A stretch of DNA of 64,000 bases from Myxococcota bacterium. GTDB taxonomy: Bacteria > Myxococcota_A > UBA9042 > PHBI01 > JAWLBL01. Numbering within the stretch: the first letter of the stretch is position 1; each line of letters opens with the position of its first letter. A program made the translations under genes and the position numbers. Location: positions 1 to 64,000 of the forward strand of contig JAWLBL010000024.1 of the NCBI GenBank assembly GCA_041687695.1. The letters run 5' to 3'. The notes beneath the pieces were generated by a model. The model ran no database searches, had not been told where the DNA came from, and saw only the letters and a list, made by a program, of their open reading frames with translations. This document shows positions 37,411 to 54,898 of the stretch, piece by piece.

Positions 37411-37569
37411 GCGCGCGACCTTAGCAGAGCGGATGGCGCGGGTCAGCCCCCGTGGACGGTCGGGCCCGGACGCACATCGGACACGCACACGCGTGCTTGG
37501 TAGGCGCCGCGAAGCGGTGTTAGGGTGCGCGCCGCTCGCGACCCGAAGGGGAAAGAAGAGGCGATCCGG

Positions 37570-39999
<2,430 letters not shown>

Positions 40000-40008
40000 C
40001 CGCTCAGA

Positions 40009-40147
40009 TTGAGCCACCAAGGGAGGAGTCCGCGAAGTCGCTACAACGCGGGTCCAGGGGCGCAGCCCCTGTGGAGGCGATGCCTGCGCATCGCCGAGCA
40101 TCGACAACGACGTTCAGCGACGTCGCGGGCCCGACCGACTGGCTCAA
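40009..40147. repeat. Hairpin-rich intergenic element bounded by 8-bp inverted repeats
   Basis: TTGAGCCA...TGGCTCAA with internal AGGGGCGCAGCCCCT and GGCGATGC..GCATCGCC stems. Confidence 0.4.
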
Positions 40148-40182
40148 GCTGGGCGGCCACCGCTCGTGAGGTAAGGGTTTAG

Positions 40183-40731
40183 ATGCGCTTCGAGAAGGAC
40201 AGCAAGGTCACGCACCCGGCGCGGGTCGTCGTCGAGACGATGATGGACCGGATGGACGAGATCCTCCCGCACCTCGGGGCGGTCGAGAGCATCCAGACCA
40301 TCAGCCGCGAGACGTTGGCGGACGGGCGCGAGCACATCGTGCGCCGCTGGCAGGGCACGGCCGACAGCGCCCCGGCGGCCGTGCGGCCGTTCCTGTCGCG
40401 CGAGGCCCTGGCGTGGACGGACGACGCCGTCTGGTCGCCGGGCGAGTTCAAGGTCGATTGGACGCTGTCGACCAAGTTGAGCAAGCTCTACACCTGCGGC
40501 GGGACGAACTACTTCCTGCCGCACCCCGACGACCCCGACAACGCGACGCTGATTCGCATCACGGGCGATCTCGTGGTGCAGCCGGACAAGCTGCCGGGCG
40601 TGCCGACGCTCATCGGGCGGAAGCTGGCGCCGCAGGTCGAGAAGTTCGTCGTCAACCTCATCTCGCCGAACCTGACCGAGACGGCGCGCGGGATACAGGC
40701 GTACCTGGATGAGCGACGCAAGGCAGGCTGA
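40183..40731 (+). CDS. Hypothetical protein, possibly START/SRPBCC-like (DUF2505-like)
   Basis: Good codon pattern and RBS; the fold assignment is a guess. Confidence 0.6.
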   Translation: MRFEKDSKVTHPARVVVETMMDRMDEILPHLGAVESIQTISRETLADGREHIVRRWQGTADSAPAAVRPFLSREALAWTDDAVWSPGEFKVDWTLSTKLSKLYTCGGTNYFLPHPDDPDNATLIRITGDLVVQPDKLPGVPTLIGRKLAPQVEKFVVNLISPNLTETARGIQAYLDERRKAG

Positions 40732-41200
40732 GCGCGGCCGGTCGGCCGTCGACCGCGCGGGCAGCGTGCGCGTGACGGCGGCGCGGCTGGGGGCGGCGCT
40801 GGGGGCCTGCGGGGCGCCCGCGGTGGCGCACGGGGCCGTCTGGGCCGGCATCGGCGACGCGCGGGCCTGGGTCGGGCTGGTGGCGATGGCGGTCGGGGCG
40901 CTGCTGGGCGCGCTGACCTGGCCCGTCTTCCAGCCGCCGGGCGAGACGGGCGCCGGGACCGAGCGGCCGGGCATCGGGTTCTCGGCGCTGTTCGCCGGGT
41001 GCGTGTCGCTGGTCGCGGGGGCGTTCGCGGCCTTCCCCATGGGCGCCGTCATCGGGACGGCGGGGGGGCTGGTCGGCGGGGCGACCGTGGCGCTGGCGTG
41101 GCGGCTGACGCAGGGGCTGGGGCCGACGGTGCGGCCGCTGGTGGCGTTCGTGGCGGGCGGCGTGGCGGCCTGGGTGGTCGCGCGGATGGTGACGATGTGA
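40709..41200 (+). CDS. Hypothetical membrane protein
   Basis: Hydrophobic; overlaps both neighbours. Confidence 0.6.
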   Translation: MSDARQAERGRSAVDRAGSVRVTAARLGAALGACGAPAVAHGAVWAGIGDARAWVGLVAMAVGALLGALTWPVFQPPGETGAGTERPGIGFSALFAGCVSLVAGAFAAFPMGAVIGTAGGLVGGATVALAWRLTQGLGPTVRPLVAFVAGGVAAWVVARMVTM

Positions 41201-42324
41201 GCGGCAACACCTTCGGCCGGCTGTTTCGGGTGACGACCTTCGGCGAGAGCCACGGGCCGGCGCTGGGGGCGGTGGTCGACGGGTGTCCGCCGCGGCTGGC
41301 GCTGAGCGAGGCCGACCTGCAGGGGGATCTGGACCGGCGGCGGCCGGGGCAGGGGCGGCTGTCGAGCGCGCGCAAGGAGGCGGACCGGGTCCGCATCCTG
41401 TCGGGGGTGAGCGAGGGGCTGACGACGGGGACGCCCATCGCGCTGGTCATCGAGAACACGGATCAGCGGCCGGCGGCGTACTCGGGGATGGCCGAGCTGT
41501 ATCGGCCGAGCCACGCGGACTACACCTACGACGCCAAGTACGGGCACCGGGCGGTGTCGGGCGGCGGGCGGGCGTCGGCGCGCGAGACGGCGGCGCGGGT
41601 GGCGGCGGGCGCGGTGGCGCGCAAGCTGCTGGCCGAGGGGCTGGGGGTCGAGATCGTCGCCTGGGTGGACCAGGTCGGGGACATCGCGGCGAACGTGGAC
41701 GTCGACGCGGTGACGCGCGAGGCGGTCGAGGCGAGCGGCGAGATCCAGTGCCCGGACCCGGCGGCGGCGGGCGCCATGACGGCGCTCATCGAGGCGGTGC
41801 GCAAGGACGGCGACACCATCGGCGGGGTCATCCGCTGCGTGGCGCGGGGCGTGCCGCCGGGGCTCGGCGACCCGGTGTTCGACAAGCTGGACGCGCGGTT
41901 GGCCTCGGCGATGCTGGGGCTGCCGGCCGCCAAGGCCTTCGAGGTGGGCAGCGGGTTCGCCGGGACGGCCATGCGGGGCAGCGCGCACAACGACCCGTTC
42001 GTGCCGGGCGAGGGCGGGCGCGTCGTGACGACCACCAACCTGTCGGGCGGCGTGCAGGGCGGCATCTCGAACGGGATGCCGGTGTGGTTCCGGGTCGGCT
42101 TCAAGCCGGTGGCGACGCACTTCAAGGAGCAGACGACGGTCGACCGGGCGGGCAGGCCGGCGACGTTCACGGCGCGCGGGCGGCACGACCCGTGCGTGGT
42201 CCCGCGGGCCGTGGTCATCGTCGAGGCGATGACGGCGCTGGTGCTGTGCGACGCGTGGCTGCGGCAGCGCGGTCAGGTGGGCCACGTCGGCGCGGTGACG
42301 ATCGTGGCGCCCGACGAGGGCTGA
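41197..42324 (+). CDS. aroC: Chorismate synthase
   Basis: TFGESHG, RPSHAD, GGGRASARET and GRHDPCV. Confidence 0.97.
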   Translation: MSGNTFGRLFRVTTFGESHGPALGAVVDGCPPRLALSEADLQGDLDRRRPGQGRLSSARKEADRVRILSGVSEGLTTGTPIALVIENTDQRPAAYSGMAELYRPSHADYTYDAKYGHRAVSGGGRASARETAARVAAGAVARKLLAEGLGVEIVAWVDQVGDIAANVDVDAVTREAVEASGEIQCPDPAAAGAMTALIEAVRKDGDTIGGVIRCVARGVPPGLGDPVFDKLDARLASAMLGLPAAKAFEVGSGFAGTAMRGSAHNDPFVPGEGGRVVTTTNLSGGVQGGISNGMPVWFRVGFKPVATHFKEQTTVDRAGRPATFTARGRHDPCVVPRAVVIVEAMTALVLCDAWLRQRGQVGHVGAVTIVAPDEG

Positions 42325-42427
42325 TACCGCCGGACGGATGTGCCAAGTTGACCCTCCGGGGGGCGGGGGCCTAGAATCGGGAGCACGCGGGGGCCGCTCG
42401 ACGGGCCCGAAGGAGCCTCGCGCCGCC

Positions 42428-44077
42428 ATGGAAGAAAAGTTCTGTCCAAGCTGTGGCCGAGGTTATCCGCCGGACGCGACCGTGTGCGACGACGACGGGC
42501 AGCGCCTGGTCGTCGTCGAGCAGGAGCGGTCCCTGGTCGGGCTGGAGCTCGAGGGCAAGTACCGGCTGACGGACGAGCTGGGCCAGGGCGGCATGGGCGC
42601 GGTCTATCTGGCGGTCCAGTCGTCGATGGACCGCGAGGTGGCCGTCAAGGTCCTGCGGCGCCAGTTCTGTCAGGAGAAGGTCGCGATCAGCCGCTTTCTT
42701 CGCGAGGCGCGAGCGGCGAGCAAGCTGACGCACCCCAACACCATCCGGGTCTACGACTTCGGGCAGACGTCCGATGGCCTGCTGTACATGGTGATGGAGC
42801 GGCTGACCGGGTGCTCGCTGGCCGACATCATGGACGACGAGGGGCGCATCGCGGTCGAGCGCAGCGTCCACCTGCTGGCGCAGGTCTGTGACTCGCTGGC
42901 CGAGGCGCACGCACAGGGCATCACACACCGGGATCTCAAGCCCGAGAACATCTTCGTCGAGCAGAAGTTCGGCAACCCCGAGCACGTGAAGGTGTTGGAT
43001 TTCGGCATCGCCAAGATGGCCAACGACGCCAACACGCAGGCGACCGCCACCGGGATGATCTGCGGGACGCCGTCGTACATGAGCCCCGAGCAGGCCATGG
43101 GCAAGGAGATCGACGGGCGCAGCGACGTCTACGCGCTCGGCATCCTCCTGTACGAGATGCTGGTGGGCGTGCGGCCGTTCGATGGCGACACGGCGATGGA
43201 GGTGATGCTCAAGCACCTCAACGCGCCGATGCCGCCGCTGCCGCCCGAGGTGGCCGCCGAGGTGCCGGCGCCGCTGGTCGGGCTGCTCGAGCGCATGCTG
43301 GCCAAGCAGGCCGACGGGCGTCCTGAGTCCTGTCAGGCGCTCAAGGCCGAGCTGATGGCGTGCATGGGGCAGGCCCCGGCGCCCGCCCTCGCGCCGCGAC
43401 CCGCGCCCAAGGAGCGGGCGACGACGCGCGACGCGGTCACAGCCTTCGACAAGGCGGGCCTGGGCCCGGACGCCGCGGTGAAGCCGAAGAAGGGGCGCGG
43501 CGCGGTCTACGCGGCGCTGGCGGTCGTGGTGGCGCTGGCGGCGGGGGGCGTGTGGTGGTTCGTCCTGCGTGACCCGGGCACGCCGCCGGGTGAGCGCCTG
43601 GCCGGCAAGCCCGCGGCCGAGGCGCCGACCGCGCAGATGGAGCCGCCGCCGCGCGAGGCCGCAGCGCCCGCCGAGGCCCCAGCGCCGGAGCCGATCGCCG
43701 AGGCGCCGGCCGAGGCGCCGGCCGAGGCGCCCTCCGAGCCTGTCGTCGAGGCCCCGGAGCCGGTCGAGGCCGTGCTCGAGCCGCCGCCGGTGGTGATGGT
43801 CAGCCTGACCATCGAGAGCACGCCGCCGGGCGCGCAGATCTTCGAGGGCGAGAGCCTGCTGGGCATGACGCCGCTGACCTTCGAGCGGCCCAAGGACAGC
43901 GGCGTCCAGAGCTTCACGCTCAAGCTGGACGGCTACAAGGACCACGAGGTCGCCGTCGGCACGATGAGCAACCTCGTGCAGCCCGTGACGCTGCAGCGCG
44001 TCGCCCGCAAGAGCGGCGCGCGCCCGAGCCCCAAGAGCGGCAAGGACCAGAAGAAGTTCGGGGTGGGCACCTTCTGA
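42428..44077 (+). CDS. Membrane Ser/Thr protein kinase with N-terminal Cys motif and C-terminal PEGA domain
   Basis: GQGGMG, HRDLKPEN, DFGIAK, a TM segment and STPPGA. Confidence 0.93.
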   Translation: MEEKFCPSCGRGYPPDATVCDDDGQRLVVVEQERSLVGLELEGKYRLTDELGQGGMGAVYLAVQSSMDREVAVKVLRRQFCQEKVAISRFLREARAASKLTHPNTIRVYDFGQTSDGLLYMVMERLTGCSLADIMDDEGRIAVERSVHLLAQVCDSLAEAHAQGITHRDLKPENIFVEQKFGNPEHVKVLDFGIAKMANDANTQATATGMICGTPSYMSPEQAMGKEIDGRSDVYALGILLYEMLVGVRPFDGDTAMEVMLKHLNAPMPPLPPEVAAEVPAPLVGLLERMLAKQADGRPESCQALKAELMACMGQAPAPALAPRPAPKERATTRDAVTAFDKAGLGPDAAVKPKKGRGAVYAALAVVVALAAGGVWWFVLRDPGTPPGERLAGKPAAEAPTAQMEPPPREAAAPAEAPAPEPIAEAPAEAPAEAPSEPVVEAPEPVEAVLEPPPVVMVSLTIESTPPGAQIFEGESLLGMTPLTFERPKDSGVQSFTLKLDGYKDHEVAVGTMSNLVQPVTLQRVARKSGARPSPKSGKDQKKFGVGTF

Positions 44078-45438
44078 TGTGGGAACGGCTGAAGTCCTTT
44101 TGGGGCAGCCGCGCGCCGGGCGATCTCGACGAGGCGGGCGAGGCGGACGAGCGTAGCGCGGGCGAGGCGGGTGGCGCGGGCGAGGCTGCGGTCGCGGAAG
44201 CGCCAGCGAGGGCGCCTGCGCGCGAGGCGGCCCCGAGCCCGGCGACGTCCGAGCTGCGGGCCATCGACGAGGCGCTGGCGGCGGGAGATCTGGGCCTGGC
44301 GCTGGGCCGCGTGCGGGATCTGTTGGTCGCGATGCCGACGGCGCCCGACGTCATGGACCGGGCGGCGCGGGTGCTCGAGACCGCGGGCGAGGGCGAGCTG
44401 GCCCATCAGTTCCGCGTGGCGCGGGGCGGGCGCGACGGCGCTGGCTACCTGACGCTGGCGCGCAGCTTCCTGGTCATGGACGACGCCGAGCTGGCGGCGG
44501 CGCTGGCCCGGGCGGCGCTGGGCCGCAGCGGACCGGACGACGCGGCGGCCCTGGGCGTGGTGGCCGACGCGCTGGCCCGGCAGGGCGAGCACGACGAGGT
44601 GCTGGGCCTGCTCGAGCGGCTCGAGGGGCGCTTTTCGGACGCGGCGCTGCTGGACCGGTACGCCGTCTCGGCGCTGCTGGCCGGGGACCGGGCGCGTTAC
44701 GACCGGGTCGCGGCGGCCGTCGCGGCGGACCCGGACGCGGCCTGGGTGGCGCGGGCGGCGGCGCGGGCCGGGGCGTTCGGCCCGGACGAGGACCGGCCGC
44801 TGCGTCACACGCTGTTCGTCCAGTACGGGGCGGCGCTGCTGGACGCCGACGAGATCGTGCGGGGCGCCCCGCTGGGGCCGGCGCGGCTGATGCGCGTGCT
44901 GGACCGGGCGCGGGTGGCCTGCGAGCTGGTGCCCAGCGTGGGCGATCGCATCGCCTACGTGTCCCCTCGGGGCGAGGTGTTTGCGCGGTGGATGGCGGGC
45001 GCGGTCGACGGGACCGCGGTGCCGATGAGCGCGCGCATCCCGGGGGCGCGGGTGCTGGTGGTGGTGGTCGACGACGACGACATGGCGACGCTGGTGGGGC
45101 ACCGCGCGTTCCACGAGGGGCCGCTGGTCATCCTGCAGGTGGTCAAGGATCCGCGGCGGGCCGAGCTGCCCGCGCCCGATCTCATCGGGCTGCTGGGCGA
45201 GGACGTCGTGCTGCCGCTCGAGGGGGTCGAGGCCGAGCGCGCCGCCGAGCGGGTGCCGCCGTCGCTGTTGGCGGCCGAGCTGGCGCGGGCGGCGAGCGGG
45301 GCCGAGTACGACTCGGGCGCGGCCGAGGTGGGGCCGTGGCTCGAGGAGCGGCTGACCATGCTGTCGCTGGTCGAGGCGATCGGGCCGGACGAGCGCCTGG
45401 CGTGGCTGGCGGACCTGCCCAGCTGGCTTCGAAAGTGA
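44077..45438 (+). CDS. Hypothetical protein (TPR-like N-terminal half)
   Basis: Coupled to the kinase stop codon; helical Ala/Leu-rich. Confidence 0.6.
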   Translation: MWERLKSFWGSRAPGDLDEAGEADERSAGEAGGAGEAAVAEAPARAPAREAAPSPATSELRAIDEALAAGDLGLALGRVRDLLVAMPTAPDVMDRAARVLETAGEGELAHQFRVARGGRDGAGYLTLARSFLVMDDAELAAALARAALGRSGPDDAAALGVVADALARQGEHDEVLGLLERLEGRFSDAALLDRYAVSALLAGDRARYDRVAAAVAADPDAAWVARAAARAGAFGPDEDRPLRHTLFVQYGAALLDADEIVRGAPLGPARLMRVLDRARVACELVPSVGDRIAYVSPRGEVFARWMAGAVDGTAVPMSARIPGARVLVVVVDDDDMATLVGHRAFHEGPLVILQVVKDPRRAELPAPDLIGLLGEDVVLPLEGVEAERAAERVPPSLLAAELARAASGAEYDSGAAEVGPWLEERLTMLSLVEAIGPDERLAWLADLPSWLRK

Positions 45439-45512
45439 CGAAGGCCGCCGCGATCCGGGGATCGCAGCGGCCTCGACGACCTCACCGCGCGCCCTGAAGA
45501 GGGCGGCGGTCG

Positions 45513-45696
45513 CTAGCCTGTATTTCTCACCAGCTCCTACTGCGCCCGGGGCTAGCACCGCACCTCCGCGGCGTTCTCGCTCCGGCCGGCTCGACGTACT
45601 GTCAAGTACGCCTTCACCGCCCTCCGCTCCGAGCACCGCGGATCTGCGGCACTATCCCTCGGGCTCGCTACGGATCTGGTGAGAAATGCAGGCTAG
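45513..45696. mobile_element. 184-bp MITE-like element with 21-bp terminal IRs
   Basis: CTAGCCTGTATTTCTCACCAG / CTGGTGAGAAATGCAGGCTAG, 20/21 match. Confidence 0.8.
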
Positions 45697-46199
45697 AACC
45701 GGTGCTCGTCCGCGCGGTCGGCCTGCTCGATGGGCGGCTGGCCGTGGCGGTGGATGAGGATGCGCTCGGAGTCCTCGAAGATGACGCGGATCTTGTTGCC
45801 CGGCAGCTGCTCGAGGACGACGCCCGTCCCGAAGGTCGGGTGCAGGATGATGTCATCCTTGGCCCAGGTCTCCTTGACGTTGTAGCGGCGCGCCTCGGTC
45901 TCGGCGTGCTCCTCGAGCAGCCCCTCCCAGCGGACCTTGGCCGAGGCGGCCGACTTGGTGCGCGCCTTCTCGGTGCGCGACTTGGCGCCGGCCGTGGCCG
46001 TGCGGCGCGTCGCGCCCGGGGCCGAACTGCGCTTGGGCGCGCTCTTGGGGGCGCGGTAGCGATGGAAGGTGTGGCAGGTGTTGCACTTCACCTGAACCGG
46101 GGTGTCTTCGACCATCGCCACGATGGTGTGGGTGAGGTCCATCTTGCACTTGGTGCAAAAGGCGTCGACGTCGCCGCCGGTGTGGAGTCGATCGGACAT
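45693..46199 (-). CDS. Hypothetical Zn-ribbon protein
   Basis: CTKC...CNTC..H; C-terminal HPTFGTGVV. Confidence 0.7.
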   Translation of the reverse strand: MSDRLHTGGDVDAFCTKCKMDLTHTIVAMVEDTPVQVKCNTCHTFHRYRAPKSAPKRSSAPGATRRTATAGAKSRTEKARTKSAASAKVRWEGLLEEHAETEARRYNVKETWAKDDIILHPTFGTGVVLEQLPGNKIRVIFEDSERILIHRHGQPPIEQADRADEHRF

Positions 46200-46301
46200 G
46201 CGGGAGCTTCTCTCTCTCGAGGTCGCAAAAAGGGGGTGGGGCGGACGCGCGCACGCCGCCGCGCGCGGGTCGTCCGGTATGCTGCAAGCCCCGCGGATTG
46301 G

Positions 46302-46790
46302 CTAGGGCTTGGGCTTGGGATCGCGGAAGGTCCAGTGATTGTTGGCCGCGTAGTTGGCCGTCATCCCGAAGGCGATCCCGCTGAGTTGCGCCAGGTGGAC
46401 GTTCCAGGTCCAAAAGTGCACCAGGAACATGGCGCATCCGTACTGTATGCCGATTGCGGCCGCGCTGGCGATGACATACTTGCCGAGACGCGCCAGGAAG
46501 TCGCGCTTGCGTGGGCCTTTCTGGCGCTCGCCCCAGGTCCAGGCGTCGTTGAGCAGGAAGTTCGACAGGACGCTGACGCCGATGCCCAGGGCGCTGGCGA
46601 GGCTGGCCTGCACCGACAGCTCGAAGTCGGCGAACACGTACAGGCCGAGCTGCAGGAACAGCAGGTTCACGACGACGCCGCTGGACCCGACCAGGCCGAA
46701 CTTGACGAAGCGGCGGCGTTCGGGCGTCAGCTGCGCCTCGAGCCAGCGGACGGCGCGCCACTCGCGCAGCGACAGGACCAGCGAGCGCAT
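46302..46790 (-). CDS. GtrA family protein
   Basis: FVKFGLVGSSGVVVN, NFLLNDAWTW and NYAANNHWTF. Confidence 0.88.
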   Translation of the reverse strand: MRSLVLSLREWRAVRWLEAQLTPERRRFVKFGLVGSSGVVVNLLFLQLGLYVFADFELSVQASLASALGIGVSVLSNFLLNDAWTWGERQKGPRKRDFLARLGKYVIASAAAIGIQYGCAMFLVHFWTWNVHLAQLSGIAFGMTANYAANNHWTFRDPKPKP

Positions 46791-46792
46791 CG

Positions 46793-48109
46793 CTACTGGA
46801 CGTCTTCCACGCGCAGGTAGCGCGTCGGGGACAGGACGAAGGGCAGGGCGTCGATCTCGGACAGGGCCTGGATGACGCTGCCGTGGCGGGCGGTGTGGGT
46901 CATGATGACGACCTGCACGGGGCGGCTGGTGCCGCCTTCCTCCTGGATCATGCGCGAGATGCTGATGCCATGGTGGCCGAGGGCGCCCGCGATGCCCGCG
47001 ATGACGCCCGGCTCGTCCTCGACCGTGAAGCGCAGGTAGTACGGGCAACGCGTCTCGTCGTGGGCGCGGAGGCCCCGCTCGGGCACGAGCTGCTGGTGGA
47101 AGGCCAGGTGCGGCAGGCGGCCGGAGGTGCCGCGCTGCAGGTTGCGGCCGAGCTCGATGATGTCGCTGACGACCGAGGCGGCCGTGGGCATCATGCCAGC
47201 GCCCTGGCCGTAGAACAGCATCGGGCCGAGCGCGTGCGAGTGGACGCGGACGGCGTTGAAGACGCCGTGGACCGAGCCGAGCAGCGACCCTTCGGGGATG
47301 AGCGCCGGGTGGACGCGCGCCTCGATGCCGTCGTCGTGGGCGCGGGCGACGGCGAGCGGCTTGATGGTGTAGCCGAAGGACTGGGCGAAGTGGACGTCGA
47401 CGTCGCTCACCCGGTCGATGCCCTCGGTCAGGATGGCGTCGAAGGGGATGGTCGCGCCGTAGCCGATGGAGACCAGGATGGACAGCTTCTGCGCGGCGTC
47501 GATGCCCGCGACGTCCATGGTCGGGTCGGCCTCGGCGTAGCCGCGCCGCTGCGCCTCGGCGAGGACGTCGCCGTAGGAGCGGCCCTCGCGCGCCATGGCG
47601 GTCAGGATGAAGTTGCTGGTGCCGTTGATGATGGCGTGCAGCGTGTCGACGCGGTCGGAGGCCAGCCCCTCGCGCAGCATGCGGATGATGGGGATGCCGC
47701 CGCCGACCGAGGCCTCGAAGATGACGTCGCGCTTGGCCTCGTCGGCGGCGAGGAAGACCTCGGCGCCGTGGCGGGCGAGCAGGGCTTTGTTGGCCGTGAC
47801 GATGTGCTTGCCGGCGGCGAGGGCGCGCAGCAGCAGGGTGCGCGCTGGCTCGTAGCCGCCCATCACCTCGACGACGACCTGGATGTCCGGGTCGTCGATG
47901 ACCGCGTGGGGGTCGGTGGTCAGGCGCTCGCGCGGGACGACCGGGTCGCGCGCCTTGTCGAGGTTCGACACGGCGATGCGCCGGACCTCGATGTCGGCGC
48001 CGAGGCGCGAGCGGATGTCCGAGGCGTTGTCCTGCAGGATGCGCAGGACGCCCGTGCCGACGGTGCCGCAGCCGAGCAGGCCCACGCGGATGGGTTCGAT
48101 GGCGCTCAT
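46793..48109 (-). CDS. hom: Homoserine dehydrogenase with ACT domain
   Basis: [26 protein letters not shown] and YAEADP. Confidence 0.96.
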   Translation of the reverse strand: MSAIEPIRVGLLGCGTVGTGVLRILQDNASDIRSRLGADIEVRRIAVSNLDKARDPVVPRERLTTDPHAVIDDPDIQVVVEVMGGYEPARTLLLRALAAGKHIVTANKALLARHGAEVFLAADEAKRDVIFEASVGGGIPIIRMLREGLASDRVDTLHAIINGTSNFILTAMAREGRSYGDVLAEAQRRGYAEADPTMDVAGIDAAQKLSILVSIGYGATIPFDAILTEGIDRVSDVDVHFAQSFGYTIKPLAVARAHDDGIEARVHPALIPEGSLLGSVHGVFNAVRVHSHALGPMLFYGQGAGMMPTAASVVSDIIELGRNLQRGTSGRLPHLAFHQQLVPERGLRAHDETRCPYYLRFTVEDEPGVIAGIAGALGHHGISISRMIQEEGGTSRPVQVVIMTHTARHGSVIQALSEIDALPFVLSPTRYLRVEDVQ

Positions 48110-48116
48110 GGGCGGC

Positions 48117-49685
<1,569 letters not shown>

Positions 49686-49706
49686 GGGGCCCGCCTTCAG
49701 CGAAGG

Positions 49707-52647
<2,941 letters not shown>

Positions 52648-52651
<4 letters not shown>

Positions 52652-53514
52652 GGCGGCGGCGGCCGGCGTTGGGGCCGTTCCTGGATCAGGTGGTGGCGAC
52701 CTACAACCACCCGCGCTACCTGGGGACCGACCCGCTGTCGACGCTGCACCGCTACGCGGACCCGCGCGACCAGGAGCTGGTCGGGTTCCTGGCGGCCGGG
52801 CTGGCGTTTGGAAACGTCAAGGCGGTCATCGCGGCCATCGATCGGGCGCTGGCGCCGCTGGGTGAGCGGCCGGCCGAGAGGCTGGCTCGCATGGACGAGG
52901 CCGAGGCGGCGCGCGCGGCCGCCGGGTTCAACCACCGGTGGATCTTCGAGCAGGACCTGGCGCAGATCTACCGGCTGCTGGGCGCGGTCGCGCGGCGGGG
53001 TGGGGGGCTGGAGCCCCTGTTCGCCCGGGGGATGACGCCCGACGCACCAGACGTGCGGCCGGGGGCGCGCGCGCTGGTCGACGGGCTGACCGAGCTGGCG
53101 CTGGGGCTGGGGCTGGACCTGGGCCGGCTGGGGACGCGCTACTTCCTGAGCGACCCGACCGGCGCCGGGGCGGCCAAGCGCCTGCACATGTTCCTGCGCT
53201 GGATGATCCGGCGCGACGGGCTGGACCTGGGCCTGTGGACCAGCGCGACCCCCGCCCAGCTGGTCGTCCCGCTGGACACGCACGTCGCGCGGCTGTCCGG
53301 GTACCTGGGCCTGACGCGGCTGAAGTCGCCGGGCGGCCGGATGGCGCTGGACATCACGGAGAGCCTGCGGCGCTTGGACCCGGCGGACCCGGTGAAGTAC
53401 GACTTCGCGCTGACGCGGCTGGGGATCCTGCGCGACTGCCCGCCGCGGCGCGACGTGGCCAAGTGCGCGCGGTGCGCGCTGGTCGAGGTGTGCCGCAAGG
53501 GCGCGCGGCGCTGA
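52648..53514 (+). CDS. TIGR02757/DUF2400 family protein
   Basis: KRLHMFLRWM, DLGLW, PLDTHV and DPVKYDFAL. Confidence 0.88.
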
Positions 53515-53543
53515 CGGCCGGCGCCCTGGCGGTCAGGAGACGA

Positions 53544-54197
53544 TCACTTGCCGCCGAACCCGCTGCCGCCCTGCGGGGCGGTCGGGGCGGGGGCCACCGG
53601 GGCGGGCGCGGCGGGGGCCGGGGCCGCAGGGGCCGCGCCGCCGAAGCCGCTGCCGCCCTGGGGCGCCGCGGCCGGGGCGGTGGGGGCCGGGGCGACCGGG
53701 GCCGCCGTCGGGGCCGGGGCGACCGCGCCGCCGAGCTTGCCGCCCGTGGCGGGCTGGGTGGGCGTCGGCTGGGCGGCGGGGACCGGGGCGACCTGGCCGG
53801 CGGGGGCCGGGGCGACCTGACCGGACGGGACCGGCTGGTTGAGCTTGCTGCCCGGCGGCGGGGTCTTGCCGGCGGCGGCGGCCGCCTTCTTCTCGGGGTT
53901 GATCTCGCGCTCGTAGGCCTCCATGCGCGAGCAGACCTGGGCGATGGCGCTGATGGCGTCCTCGCCGCCCTTGGCGCTGGCGGCCTGGAAGTCGCGGTCG
54001 AACTCGGCGAGCTTGGCCTGGATGTCGGCCTTCATCACCGGGTTCTTGGTCGCGAAGGCCGACAGGCTGTCCTTGATGCGGTTGTAGCGGTTGGTCTGGC
54101 CCTCGACGGAGCTCTTGCAGCCGGACAGGGTCAGCGCCACGAGGGCGAAGAGCGCGAGCAGGACGCGCGCGGAGCGCGGGAGCGACGGGCGATTCAT
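53544..54197 (-). CDS. Lipoprotein with a Pro/Ala-rich repetitive tail
   Basis: Lipobox LSGC; repeated PQGGSGFGG and GQVAP. Confidence 0.75.
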   Translation of the reverse strand: MNRPSLPRSARVLLALFALVALTLSGCKSSVEGQTNRYNRIKDSLSAFATKNPVMKADIQAKLAEFDRDFQAASAKGGEDAISAIAQVCSRMEAYEREINPEKKAAAAAGKTPPPGSKLNQPVPSGQVAPAPAGQVAPVPAAQPTPTQPATGGKLGGAVAPAPTAAPVAPAPTAPAAAPQGGSGFGGAAPAAPAPAAPAPVAPAPTAPQGGSGFGGK

Positions 54198-54256
54198 TGT
54201 CGGGTTCTCCTGGTGGGTGGTCGCCCGGGCCAACGTCCGGGCGGCGGTTGGGGGAA

Positions 54257-54658
54257 TCAGAAGCGGTCGGCGTAGGCGCCGTAGGTGCGCTGCTCGAGGT
54301 CGTCGGCGGCCTTGGCGACCCAGAACAGGGCCTTGCCGACCTCCTGGAGCTGCGCCGTGGCGTCGGACAGGCCGTGCACGACCACGACGTCGTTGCCGCG
54401 CAGGGCCACCTTGCCATAGGTGAGCGAGGCGTTGAGCCGCAGCGCGTTCCACGGATCGGCGACGACGTTCATGTCGCCCGCCTGGCTCCAGATGAAGGCC
54501 ACGACGTCGTTGTCTCCGTCGCGGCCCATCGTGACGTTGACGACCTGCGTTCGGCCGACCTGCGTCGGCACCTCGACGCGCACGTCGCCATTGACCATGC
54601 GCTGGGCGGGCCAGGCGCGCAGGCCGGCGGCCTGGATCGCCAGGTTGATGACGTTCAT
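54257..54658 (-). CDS. Hypothetical protein, YbjN/T3S-chaperone-like
   Basis: ALRLNASL and VAKAADDLE pattern; GAGGAG RBS. Confidence 0.6.
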   Translation of the reverse strand: MNVINLAIQAAGLRAWPAQRMVNGDVRVEVPTQVGRTQVVNVTMGRDGDNDVVAFIWSQAGDMNVVADPWNALRLNASLTYGKVALRGNDVVVVHGLSDATAQLQEVGKALFWVAKAADDLEQRTYGAYADRF

Positions 54659-54898
54659 CGGCGGCTCCTCGCTGCGAGCGGGTCCATGCCCCGCGGTCCC
54701 TCCGCGGTGTCATGCCCCGTCATGCCCCGTCATGGAACGGACGCGCGACCCGGGGCGGCCCGCATCTTTGACCGGCCGGGCGTCGCTTGACAAGCCGTCC
54801 CCCCCGACGGTGACGCGGCGGCGCGTCCGGGCGACTTGGGCAGCAGCGGGAGCGTGTGCTAACGTCGCGCAGGGCATGGGCATCCCCATAGGAGAGAC

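Noticed and set aside
40140..40147. TGGCTCAA matching the att junction at 25233
   Set aside because: An 8-bp match with no flanking arm homology; likely chance
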